Positions 1 through 11,620 of a DNA stretch of 64,000 nucleotides are shown here, piece after piece. The stretch's first letter is position 1; each line of letters starts with the position of its first letter. A program made the translations under genes and the position numbers. The notes beneath the pieces are model-generated. The model was not told the DNA's origin. It was given only the letters and a program-made list of their open reading frames with translations, and made no database searches. The stretch comes from Chiloscyllium plagiosum (taxonomy: Eukaryota), in contig NC_057719.1 of the NCBI RefSeq assembly GCF_004010195.1, positions 70,514,181 to 70,578,180 of the forward strand. The letters run 5' to 3'.

Positions 1-540
1 TCCTTCTGAAAGAGTCTTTCTCAATTTGTTGTGAGTTACGAATATCTCCTGATATATCTTCTTGCATGTGTTATCAGACACAGGTGATGTAAAACTAACT
101 TTCCTCTTGCACTATTTCTCTCAGAATCAGGTCAAGCTTGAATTTCTATTGCAGTTTGAATATCATTGAGAATTGAAAACTGTTTCACATCAACACTCTG
201 GCTCCTGCGGGCTTACAGACCTGGTTTCACTGCTGGAGTCACTTTATAACAATTTACGTATGTACACCTAACTCCTCTTTGTTCAACTTGCAATTACCCA
301 TCAAGCTAATGAACAGACAACAGATATACAAAGTAAAATCACCTTGATAGACATTGAAAATATGGCACAAGAGAGTTTTGTAACTTGTTCCACTTGACTA
401 GTCATCTATAATATGGTGTTTACTGATGACCTTGTTCAGAATTTCTATGTTATTTGGCTGCACACTATTTCTCAACAAACAGACACTGTTAGTTTTACAG
501 ATCTGTTTCCAATAGGGGACTCCATCTCAGGAAAGCAACT

Positions 541-1377
541 CAGCCACAGCCATACACCTTACAACAGGCCCTGAAGCTCTTCAACCATGTCCTGAAACAA
601 ACTCGCTACTACAGCCACATTTGCTTCCTCAGTGCCTGCCTCCGTAACCAACTCATCCCACACGGACTCCGGACCACCTTTAAACCAGCAGAGTTCAGAT
701 CCAAACAGGACAAACAGTACAGACTACAGATTCAAAAACACCAGCAACAGTTCACCTTCAGGATCCTCCGCTCCACACTTACGGCAATGCGCCGGCACCT
801 AACCTCTCCACAGTCAGCCCTGCCTCAGCTGAGGGCCACACTCTCTCAGAATTGCAAAGGACCCACTCTGTACGACATCCGCAGGAGAATTCATACTCTC
901 AACAAACAGTATTTCAACTCTATCTCAAACATCAAAAACTGTAAGTACAACAAACTTTTATCTACCCACCTCCATATCCAGCGCTCCTCAAGCATTCCAA
1001 TAGACTCCCCCAGCCTCTGGAACGTCTCGGACACCATTAGCCATGCGGCTATTGCAGCCACCAACCCCACACTGATTGATGATGTCACTTCCGTCCCCAT
1101 CATGGCTGCTTCCACAGCCACTTCCGCCCCTCACAATTCCTCATGCACCACATGTGACATCACTTCCGTCCCTCACATCATCGCTGATGTCACATGCTCA
1201 GTGACTTCCACACCCCCACTGCCTTGTTTGCCATCACTTCTGCCCCCACCAACGCCATTCACCTGCATTCTGCTGACATGCCCCCCACAGATCCCACTGT
1301 CACCATCCCCGCCCACCCAGAGCCCCGAGGGGAACACTACCCCTGCTCATGACTCCACCCCCATTCCCCCCACCACC
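541..1377 (+). CDS. PLE ORF N-terminal domain plus Pro/Ser/Thr-rich linker (partial, runs into the gap; no ATG between 541 and 787)
   Basis: The frame of ORF 787-1863 stays open upstream to 541 (QPQPYTLQQALKLFNHVLKQTRYYSHICFLSACLRNQLIPHGLRTTFKP...). Confidence 0.75.
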
Positions 1378-1777
1378 NNNNNNNNNNNNNNNNNNNNNNN
1401 NNNNNNNNNNNNNNNNNNNNNNNNNNNNNNNNNNNNNNNNNNNNNNNNNNNNNNNNNNNNNNNNNNNNNNNNNNNNNNNNNNNNNNNNNNNNNNNNNNNN
1501 NNNNNNNNNNNNNNNNNNNNNNNNNNNNNNNNNNNNNNNNNNNNNNNNNNNNNNNNNNNNNNNNNNNNNNNNNNNNNNNNNNNNNNNNNNNNNNNNNNNN
1601 NNNNNNNNNNNNNNNNNNNNNNNNNNNNNNNNNNNNNNNNNNNNNNNNNNNNNNNNNNNNNNNNNNNNNNNNNNNNNNNNNNNNNNNNNNNNNNNNNNNN
1701 NNNNNNNNNNNNNNNNNNNNNNNNNNNNNNNNNNNNNNNNNNNNNNNNNNNNNNNNNNNNNNNNNNNNNNNNNNNNN
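1378..1777. other. Assembly gap (400 N)
   Basis: Run of N; true length unknown. Confidence 1.
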
Positions 1778-2985
1778 CTCTGTTTTTTCCTCTCCAGATG
1801 TCCCCAACAGTACCCTTCCACCGACATTCTCATTCGTTTGGCCGAACTGGTCCTCACCCTTAACAATTTCTCCTTCAAATCCTCCCACTTCCTTCAGACC
1901 AAAGGGGTAGCCATGGCCACGCGTATGGACCCCAGCTATGCCTGTCGCTTTTTCGGCTATGTAGAACAGTCCATCTTCCGTAGTTACACCGGCACCATTC
2001 CCCACCTCTTCCTCCGCTACATTGATGACTGCATTGACGCCACCTCATGCTCCCGCGAGGAGGTTGAGCAATTCATCAACTTCACCAACATATTCCACCC
2101 TGACCTTAAATTTACCTGGACCATCTCTGACACGTCCCTCCCCTTCCTGGACCTCTCCATCTCCATTAATGATAACCGACTTGATACCAACATATTTTAC
2201 AAACCCACCAACTCCCACAGCTACCTGGATTACACTCTTCCCACCCTACCTCCTGCAAAAATGCCATCCCGTATTCCCAATTCCTCCGTCTCCGCCGTAT
2301 CTGCTCCCAGGAGGACCAGTTCCACCACAGAACACACCAGATGGCCTCCTTTTTTAGAGACTGTAATTTCCCTTCCCACTTGGTTAAAGATGCCCTCCAA
2401 TGCATCTCATCCACATGCCGCACCTCCACCCTTGGACCCCACCCCTCCAACCGTAACAAGGACAGAACGCCCCTGGTGCTCACCTTCCACCCTACCAACC
2501 TTCGCATAAACCAAATAATCCGCCGACATTTCCGCCACCTTCAAACTGACCCAACCACCAGGGATATATTTCCCTCCCCACCCCTTTCCGCCTTCCGCAA
2601 AGACCATTCTCTCCGTGACTACCTGGTCAGGTCCACGCCTCCCAACAACCCACCCTCCCATCCTGGCACTTTCCCCTGCCACCGCAGGAATTGCAAAACC
2701 TGCGCCCACACCTCCTCCCTCACCTCCATCCAAGGCCCTAAGGGAGCCTTCCACATCCATCAAAGTTTTACCTGCACATCCACTAATATTATTTATTGTA
2801 TCCGTTTCTCCCGATGCGGTCTCCTCTACATTGGGAAGACTGGACGCCTCCTAGCAGAGCGCTTTAGGGAACATCTCCGGGACACCCGCACCAATCAACC
2901 ACACCGCCCTTTGGCCCAACATTTCATCTCCCCCTCCCACTCTGCCAAGGACATGGAGGCCCTGGGCCTCCTTCACCGCCGCTCC
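1778..2985 (+). pseudogene. PLE reverse transcriptase plus GIY-YIG endonuclease, with a frameshift near 2235 and the EN C-terminus deleted near 2985
   Basis: ORF 1349-2509 carries the YIDD RT core up to YKPTNSHSYLDYT; homology continues in the frame of ORF 2341-3087; the copy at 18480-19290 retains sequence missing after 2985. Confidence 0.88.
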
Positions 2986-3025
2986 TCCTCTCATTTATCT
3001 CTCCACCCTTCAGGCTCTCTGCCTG

Positions 3026-3064
3026 TATTCCTGATGAAGGGCTTTTGCCTGAAACGTCGATTTT
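3026..3064 (+). ncRNA. Minimal type-I hammerhead ribozyme motif (PLE family A)
   Basis: CTGATGA (3031-3037), stem II GGGC-TTTT-GCCT, GAAA (3051-3054), then palindromic ACGT and a GTC triplet; stem I is weak. Confidence 0.75.
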
Positions 3065-3187
3065 ACTGCTCCTCGGATGCTGCCTGAACTGCAGTGCTTT
3101 TCCAGCACCACTCTAATCTAGACTCTGGTTTCCAGCATCTGCAGCTCTTGTTTTTACCCAACAGGGACTCAATCCTTATTATTATGT

Positions 3188-4753
3188 TTAAAAATCACAC
3201 AACACCAGGTTATTGTCCAACAGGTTTATTTGGCGGCACTAGCCTTCAATGCACTGTTTCTTCATCAGGTAGTTGTAAAGCAGGACCATCAGCCACAGAA
3301 TTTATAGCAAAAGATTACAGTGTCTCGCAGCTGAAATGATATATTGAACAAGCTTAGATTAAGTCTTTCATTTTTTAGAATGGGTTTGCTCATTTTGGTT
3401 CTTTAATATGTAAATCCCAGAACTTCTTAAATCACATTCTCAAGATAATTCCAGGTTTTCTAACAAAAGGTGCCATCTCAGCTCAGACAGTGCATTAAAG
3501 GTGTGAGGTTAAAGTCTGTCCGTGTCCTAATCTTGAATCAGACTGGTTCCATTTCTAAAATGGGATTTATGGAATATTACATGGATTGACTGTAGGTTAT
3601 GCATTTTTTGAACACAATAGAATGTATCTGCAAATATAATTCTGTAGATACAAATTCACCCCATAAACTTATACAGGGTCCATATGCAAGAGAGACAGAG
3701 TGAGTGTGTGCATGTGAGTGTGTGCATGTGGGTGTGAATGCATGTGAAAGAGTGCATGTTTGCATGTGTGTAAGCTTGATAAAGTATGTATGTGTGTGAT
3801 GGGGTATAGACCTGTGAGAGGGTGTGTGAGTGTGGAACGTGTCAGAGTGTCTACACGGATACCATCATTACATGTGCCATCATGTACCCGGCAGGTACTC
3901 ATGTGACTCGGCCAATGTTGTCTATCTCATACGCTAGAGGCAAGGATGCCCTAAGGCATGGTACATTGGTGAGACCAAGCAGATGCTACAACTACAGACG
4001 AATGGACATCGCACAACAATCACCAGGCAGGGGTGTTCCCTCCCAGCCGGGGAACACTTCAGTGATCAGGGACATTCGACCTTGGACCTTCGGGTGACCA
4101 TCCTCCAAGGCAGACTTCGGGACAGCCAACAACGCAGAGTGCCTGAGCAGAGGCTGATAGCCAAGTTCGATACCTATGGGATTGGCCTCAAATGGGACCT
4201 TGGGTTTATGTCACACTACAGGTGACCCCTCTGCACAACACACACACACACACACACATCCCCCACACTCACACCCACATATGCACCCTCTCACAGGCTT
4301 ATACTCCATCACACACACAGCTTACACATGCACAAACATATACTCTTTCACATGCACTCACATTCACACACTCTATCTCTCCTGAATATTTACACATATA
4401 TAAGTTTATGGGGTGAATTTATATCTGCAGAATTATATTTGCAGATGTATTCTATTTTGTACAAAAAAATACATAACCTACAGTCAATCCATGTGATATT
4501 CTATAAATCCCACTTTAGAAGTAGAACTAGTCTGACTCAAGATTAGGACACGACAGACTTTAACTTCACACCTTTAATGCACTGTCTGAGCTGAGATGGC
4601 ACCTTTTGTTAGAAAACCTGCTTTACAACCACCTAATGAAGAAGCAGCACTTCGAAAGCTAGTGCCCCCAAATAAACCTGTTGGACAATAACCTGATGTT
4701 GTGCAATTTTTAACTTTGTCCATTCCAGTTCAACACTGGCTCCTCCAACTCAT
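3188..4753 (+). mobile_element. PLE family B: 5'-truncated copy (GIY-YIG remnant plus 3' UTR) preceded by an inverted copy of its own 3' region
   Basis: 3880-4225 encodes GRYSCDSANVVYLIR*RQGCPKAWYIGETKQ...GHRT...GEHFS...EQRLIAKF...GFMSHYR; 3188-3850 is largely the reverse complement of 4225-4720; HHR-like cores at 3262-3268 (-) and 4633-4657 (+). Confidence 0.88.
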
Positions 4754-4809
4754 TATTAAAATATGGCCAAAAATGTGTCTGCAATTCAAACACGTGTTAA
4801 CCACAAAAT

Positions 4810-5562
4810 TGTTAGCATCAGTAATATTTGCACCACATAAATGCAGGCAATTATTATCTACAATAACAGAAAATCTAATCATTATCTCTTGACATTCAAT
4901 GGTGTTGCCATCATGGGGGTTGCCATTGACCAGAAACTAAACTGGATTAACCAGACAAATGCTGTAGCTACAAGAGCATGTCAAAGGCTAAGAGCCCTAC
5001 AACAAGTAACTGACCGCTCAGCTCCATAAAACCTGTCCCTCATCTCCAAGGCACAAATTAGACATGTGATGGAATACTCCCCACTTGCCTGGGTAGATGT
5101 AGTTACAACAACGATCAAGACCACTTGATACTATCCAGGACAGGTAGTCCACTTGACTGGCAGCACATTTACAAATATCCACTCCCTCCACCATCAATGT
5201 TGAGTACCAGCAGCATTTATTATCTACAAGATACACTGCAGAAATTCACAAGGATTCCTGAGATAGCACTTCCAAACCTATGGTCACTATGATCTGAAAG
5301 TCAGCTAATACACGGGAATACCAATACTTGCAATTTCCCCTCCAAATCACTCACCATTCCAACTCAGAAATCTATTGCCATTCCTTCATTGCTACCTTGG
5401 TCAAAATCCTGGAACCCTCTCTTTAAGCATATTGTGCATTTACCTTCAGCACATGGACTGCAGCAATTCAAAAAGGTAGCTCACCATTAGCTTCTCAAGG
5501 GCAACTAGAGATTAGCAATAAATGCTGAAACAATCAGCAATGCCCACATGCCATGAATAAAA
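4810..5562 (+). mobile_element. 3' fragment of a CR1/L2-group LINE
   Basis: RT C-terminal residues (GVAIDQKLNW..., IRHVMEYSPLAW); tail gggcaactag...caataaatgctg...gcccacatgccatgaataaa shared with SINEs at 17850, 42250, 60305 and 61840. Confidence 0.7.
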
Positions 5563-5819
5563 GAAAACACCTAAAATGAGCTAACAACCAGTCAGTAAAA
5601 TGAAATGTGTCATGGAAAATATTATAGGTACAAAGGATTAACACAAACCCTTGAACTCAATGTAGGTTCAGTTGGCAGTTCAGATCACTTCAGTTTCACT
5701 CATAGTTCATACTTTTAGCTCATTAAATTTCTGATGCTCAGACTGGTGATCTGCAGCTGAATCTAGGCGAAAGTGAGAACTGCAGATGCTGGAGATCAGA
5801 GTCCAGCATCTGCAGTTGT

Positions 5820-6560
5820 AGATTGTACAAATCTTTATTTCGGCCACATTTGGAATATCGCGTCGAGTTCTCGTCACCACCCCAAAGATGTGAAGGTTAA
5901 GTGGTTTGGCCACGTTGAATTTCCCATAATGTCCTGAGATTAGTGTGGATTAGCCATTGGAAATGCAGGCTTACAGGGATAGGGAAGGGGGTGGCAGTGG
6001 GTCTGGGTGGGATGCGGTGTGGACTCGATGGACCGAATAGCCTGCTTTCACTCTGTAGGAATTCTATGATTCACTACCAGAAGGATATAGATGCTTTGGA
6101 TAGGGTACAGAGAATGTTTACCAGGATGTTGCCTGGTCTGAAGGAGAGGAGTTAGTTAAGAGGAGAGGTTGGATAAAATTGGCTTGTTTACACTGGAAAA
6201 ACGGAGACTGAGAGGGACCCTGATAGAGGTCTACAAAATTATGAGAGGCATAGATAGGGTGGAATGTTCAACTATAAGAAACACAGGTTCAAGGCAAGAG
6301 GGGGAATGTTTAGAGGAGAAGTTTTTGGTACAGTAGGTGGTGGCTGCCTGGAATGCATTGTCAATGAAGGTGATGGAAGCAGGCACATTAGCAATATTAG
6401 GGCGTATCTTGATAAACACATGAATGGGAGCAAACAGACGGATAGAAACTACAGATGGGTAATAAGTAGTGTGTGTAAATAAGGATTAGAAATCAGAGAA
6501 GGCTTGCTGGGCCAAAGGGCCTGTTCCTGCACTGTATCATATTGTATTCATATGACTCTA
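5820..6560 (+). mobile_element. CR1 3' fragment interrupted by a partial HE1-type SINE (about 5880-6070)
   Basis: cggccacatttggaatat...YQKDIDALDRVQRMFTRMLPGL; tail gggccaaagggcctgttcctgcactgta. Confidence 0.8.
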
Positions 6561-7494
6561 TAAACCTTAATGCAAAAACAGTGAGTTTGCTGGTCATTGT
6601 AGTGATTTGAAGCAGTCTGAGCGGGAGAAGAAGATTTATTAACACCAATAGTGACATGTGAATTAACTGAGAGGTAAGCATGTTCAAGAAATTCCTGAAT
6701 ATGGTTAGGTGCAGTAACTGCCCCAGCCAGTATTTCTACCTTCCCATTGCTTTAAGTTAAACAATGTACAACAATGAATAAAGAATTTTGAAGTTGTAAA
6801 ATAAAACATACTTTTAGACATAACAATTTTCTTTTAAACATGTTGATGAGCATACTGCAGTATTCTAACACAGCACTCTTCTAACATTTTACTCCAGATT
6901 TCCAGCAGTTTTATTTCACACTGAAATCAATATACAACAGTATTTGTGTGCCTGAATGTTGGTGAAAATAGCTGTAAACTATGGATTTCCGAATAAGCCA
7001 AGGTGTTTGAATTTGTCACAAAGAGAAAGAGAAAACTTACTGAACACAGCAGACATGAAGTTTGCCGTATCCTTTACAGATCATTAGAAAGCCCTGCAAT
7101 GTAGAATGTTAATTACCCTTCATGGTACAGATGATGCCTAATGGCTTATGACATGACTAAATGATATCCAGGCAGCTATTTGTGTTCAGTAAGCCTTCAG
7201 CAGAATGAACTTCATACACAAGGACTTCAATTGATGGCTTCCAATCCCCAATCAAACTAATCAGCTCTCTATCTCTTTCAGCTTTTGCATTCGGCTATTA
7301 CCATCAGAATGCAGGGCACTGCAAATGCATCAAAATTCAGCATTAACTCTTGATTATGAAGTTTTCCTTCAACAGACAAGTTAGATTTTCTATAGAATAA
7401 TAAATTACTTCATTGGGATGCATAAAACAAGAATGGTGAATTTCAATTCTTTCAGAGAAATGCTCTGGACAGACATTCAAAACGGAGTTAAAAA

Positions 7495-8555
7495 TAAAAA
7501 CAAAAATTGCTGGAAAATCTCAGCGGGTCTGGTAGCATCAGTGGAGAGAAAGCAGGGTTAATGGTTTGGGCCCTGTGACCCCTCTTCTGAATTGATTGTA
7601 GCTGAGAAAAGGTTGGTATATCTGCTAACAAAGGGATAAGGGGAGGCAACAGGAGGAAACTATAGGTGGAGATGAAGCCCAGAAAGAGATATTCTTTTTC
7701 CAGCTTGTGCTGAGCTTTACTGGAGTACAGCAGCAAACTTTACACAGGAATGTTGGCCAGGAACACAGTAGTGCGCTGAGGTGGCAGGCAACAAGAAGAT
7801 CAGGGTCATTTTCTGCAGACAGAACCTAAGTGTTCTGAGAAGTGGTCACCCAGTCCAGCCTTCATTTCCCCAATATAGAAGAGACCACATTGTGAACAAC
7901 AAATACAGTCAGTTACATTAAATGAAGTGCAGGTAAATTGCTGCTTCACCTCAAAAGATGGTCTGGGGCCTTGGATACTGAGGAGGGAGTAAGTAAATGG
8001 ACAGGTATTACACCTTCTGAGTAATTGCACGGGAAGATGCCGTGGGGTTGTGAGGAGATGTTGGGAGTTGAGGAGGAGTTAATCAAGTCATGCGAGAGGC
8101 TGACAAGGGAGCGAGGGGAATATGTATCTGGTGGTGACATCCTGCTGGATGTAGTGGAAATGGGCTGCCATGGATGTGGATGTTTGTGGCATGATAAATG
8201 AGGACCAGAGTTCCCTATCACTGTTGTGGGAGGGAAGAGGGACGAAGTGAGGGAGGTCAAACTCAGCTGAGGGTCATTTCCTCCGTTGAGGAGAAAGGTA
8301 GACTTTTCAGAGGCCCCTTGTTGAACTTGGCATCATCAGAACATATTCATTACACAAAGTGTGGTGTGAGGATGTATAGTCAAGGTAACTGGTGGTCAAG
8401 GTAACATGCTTCCTCTAAAGACTCTATTCCATTCTTTGTGCTCCATCTCCACCTATCGTTTACTCCTCCCCCTTCCCCCACCAACCCCTTCTTTAGCATA
8501 TACAGCAACCTTATCCTAGCTATAATCAGTTCTAAAGAAGGGTGATTGGACTCTT
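7495..8555 (-). mobile_element. Older PLE (family C): GIY-YIG fragment with 3' tail, plus an inverted partial tail at about 8440-8555
   Basis: Minus-strand ORF 7806-8030: FTCTSFNVTDCICCSQCGLFYIGEMKAGLGDHFSEHL; degraded HHR at about 7562-7592 (-) and 8528-8553 (+). Confidence 0.8.
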
Positions 8556-9402
8556 GTGATCATTACCAACATACTCACCCAGTTAAATATAAATTATCAA
8601 TTGAATTGGTGAGCATCGGAATCAATCTGAATCTTAGTTTGGTGATTTCAATTTTCTGTGAAAAAAGACATAATTACATGTGATAAGTGCTGATTTTTAA
8701 AAATATCTCTGAGATACTGAACAGAAATTTATATAAGCATCTCATTCCCAAAATTGCTCCTTCCTAGGAAGAAGACATTTTGAAAACTGATTAGCTGGAA
8801 GAGAAAGGTGATTATTTTATGTCTCCCTCATTTCAGTCAATCATAACATTTTGGAAGAAATACACCTCTTATTTCTGTAAGTACAAAAGTACAGTCATTC
8901 CACCATTTGCACGAGAGTTCTATTTCTGAGAACCACCACAAACAATGAAATTCATGAGTACGGATCCTAGTAAAAATAGGTTAAAAATCGTAGATATGTC
9001 AGTTTGCCCATGGATGTTGAATTTTGTTGCTCATGGATATTGAGGATTTATGATATAAAAGTAGTGTGGCCAAGAGGTCCAAGGTGCTGATTTCGGGTTC
9101 CACTGTCTATGGAAGAATGAAGTTGAACCCTACTGCTGCCATTTGTGCTAGTAGCTTATCATTTGGATGCTTTGCTATCTTCTTTGGGTGAGCATGTTCT
9201 GTGCATTTAGGGAGAAATAGCGGTACCATGGTAATGTCACTGGAGCATTAATCCAGAGATGCAGATGTGGATTCAATCCCATAGTAACACAGTTAGTGGC
9301 ATTTAAAGACACCCAACTAGCTTGGTTAAAACAGCAGAGATTATTGATCTTAGGATTGTAGGTTTGTGTCCCTGTCTAGGCGCTGTCAGTTGTGAGCCTT
9401 AA

Positions 9403-9610
9403 GGGGCTCTTGTGGCACAATGGTAGTGTCCCTTCCTGATGAAGGGCTTATGCCTGAAATGTCAACTCTCCTGCTCCTCGGATGTTGCCTGACCAGCTGT
9501 GTTTTTCCAACACCACACTCTTCGTCCCTGCCTTGAGGTCAGAAGTTTCAGATTCAAGTGTCATCTGTGCTGCAGGTGAGTCATAACTTAACGGAACAGG
9601 ATGACTAAAA
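9403..9610 (+). mobile_element. tRNA-derived SINE with a 90-bp PLE family-A HHR tail inserted (9434-9523)
   Basis: A-box TGGCACAATGG; B-box-like GATTCAAGT; insertion flanked by GTCCCT at 9428-9433 and 9524-9529; core CTGATGA-AGGGC-TTAT-GCCT-GAAA. Confidence 0.75.
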
Positions 9611-9825
9611 TAATTAAATGATACAACTAGTCAAGTAACACATGCCCTAACTTGGATTATTCATGATAACAGTATCACAACAGACTAGTATAGGAGATGT
9701 TCTCTATATATGGGATCATCACATATAATACATAAACAGGCCATACACTTCACTTAAGGCTCCTCCCATCTTTTCACATCTAAATTAACCATCATAACAC
9801 TCAATCCTTCTCCATTATGTGCTTG

Positions 9826-10185
9826 TCATAGTCATAGAGTCATACAAAATTGAAACAGACCCTTCAGTCCAATTACTCCATGCTAACCAATTTCCCAAAC
9901 TAAACCAGTCCCACTTGTCTCTGTTTGGTCCATATCCCTTCTAATCATTCCTATTCATGTACCTATCCAAATGTCTTTTCAATGTTGTAACTGTATCTGC
10001 ATCCATCACTTCCTCTAGCAATTCGTTCCACACACAAACCACTCTCTGTGTGAAAAGGTTGCTCCTTGAATCATTTTTAAAGATTTCTCCGCTCAACATA
10101 AAAATATGCCCCCTAGTTTTGAATTTCCCCACCCTAGGGAAAAGACCCTTGCTATTCACTTTATCTATGCCCCTCACAATCTTCT
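9826..10185 (-). mobile_element. CR1 3' end
   Basis: ORF MRGIDKVNSKGLFPRVGKFKTRGH...FTQRVVCVWNEL...LKRHLDRYM; (catagagt) tail. Confidence 0.9.
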
Positions 10186-11059
10186 AAAGCTCAGGTCTCC
10201 CAGATTTCTCTCAAGCACATCCACATTTGCCATCATTATTTGTCTCAACCATTTGCTATGGGAACAAGTTCCACATTCCCAGCACTAATTGGGTGAAAAA
10301 GTTTGTTTTGAATTCCCTATTAGACTTTTTTTGGTTACTATCTTATAGAAATAGTTATGTTCTTTCATATAAAAGAAAACATTGTATTTATATTTCCTAT
10401 TTAAGACTTTGAAAACTCTACTAAGTCATCCTCAGCTTTCTTTCTTTTCCAGAGAAAAGAGTCCTTGCCTATCAATTCTTCTCTGATGTTTATGCTCGTG
10501 TATTTCTGATATTATTCCTGTAAATCATTTCCACGCGCTTTCATATCCTTATCACAATATGATTCATTGCATGGGAGATACATTGTGCATAGCAAGTGCG
10601 GCTTAGGGAAATGGGTGAATAAGAGTCAGGTACCTTGGTACATGGTGAGGAGTTACAATTATTGTGTACTATCTGTTCTACAAAGACCCTCAGGTTTAGA
10701 TGATGTTCTTCTATATATTTTCAATGATTGTGAGGCAACAATTCATGCCGTAAGGACCTATCAAGAGTCTCACAGAATCTCACGGGAGTCAACGCTTTAA
10801 CTATTTGCCGTCTTTTTCAAGATGTATGCTTGGGTGTAGTTTATACACCAAAATGATGATATGTAAGTTATTTGTCTTCACAACTGACACATTTAGATAT
10901 ACATAATTCTGCCTTTTAAGGATGTAGGTGAGAACACTGTAGACTAAATGTAACTTAATATAGGAACTTTGGAAAATTTAAGAAATGTAAGAGAAGAAAA
11001 TAAGGAAATTACAGATCATTTAGCCTGACATCAGTTACCAGGAAATTACTAGACTGTAT

Positions 11060-11620
11060 AAAATTAAGATGCATTCAGCTCCATAAGAATCAGACTAACA
11101 TGCAAAAAATCAGGATACAGTAAATAAGAAGAAATTATCTGAGTTAGAAGTCCAAGATGATGAAAAGAACATTTGTGTTCAACCAGCAGTTGTTTTCTCT
11201 GAAGGAAATTAATGAAATTAAATGTCCACCAGATCAGGTTAACCACCTGATTCAGCAGGGAAGTGTTTTGATGTGAAACACATTCAGGTTAATTAGAGCT
11301 GTCCAAATAAGATACTGAATTAATCACCTAGATTAGAAGAAATGGCATCCTCCGTGAAGAATATTCAAGAGATGAAATGTCTTCCCGCAGAGATAAACTT
11401 GACGGACCAGAAGGATCGAGATCAAAATCTAGGTCAACAATCAATAAACAGAAACCTTTCAATCTGCTACGCCTGGAGACAATGTGCTTCAGAAGAAAAG
11501 AAACAATTCTCCAGATGGCCTGAATTATGAACTCAGAGGTTTTGTGATATCCCAATGATGTAGAACAGTGACAAATGTAATGACTATGTAAAAAAGTGGT
11601 CAGGGAGATGTTGTATCAGG
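11060..11620 (+). mobile_element. Possible Gypsy/LTR retrotransposon 3' remnant (integrase tail, polypurine tract, LTR start)
   Basis: QKKRNNSPDGLNYEL resembles the R..R..PDRLNY integrase terminus; followed by agggaga|TGTTGTA near 11602-11615. Confidence 0.4.

Larger units (their letters stand above)
541..3157 (+). mobile_element. Penelope-like retroelement, Neptune type (family A), young and nearly full length, interrupted by an assembly gap
   Basis: Frame open from 541 with PLE N-terminal motif HICFLSACLRNQLIPHGL; RT motifs QTKGVAMATRMDPSYA, LRYIDD and LPFLDL; Cys linker CHRRNCKTCAH; GIY-YIG segment IIYCIRFSRCGLLYIGKTGRLLAERFREH; 3' tail with HHR core. Confidence 0.93.

Noticed and set aside
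1300..2005. Long ORFs spanning the N gap (1300-1878, 1337-2005 and the X-rich parts of 787-1863 and 1349-2509)
   Set aside because: Their length comes from untranslatable Ns; only the flanking PLE frames are meaningful
509..3174. CCAATAGGGGACTCCATC (509-526) versus CCAACAGGGACTCAATC (3158-3174) as a TSD of the large PLE
   Set aside because: Two mismatches plus an indel is a lot for such a young element; plausible but not supported enough to call
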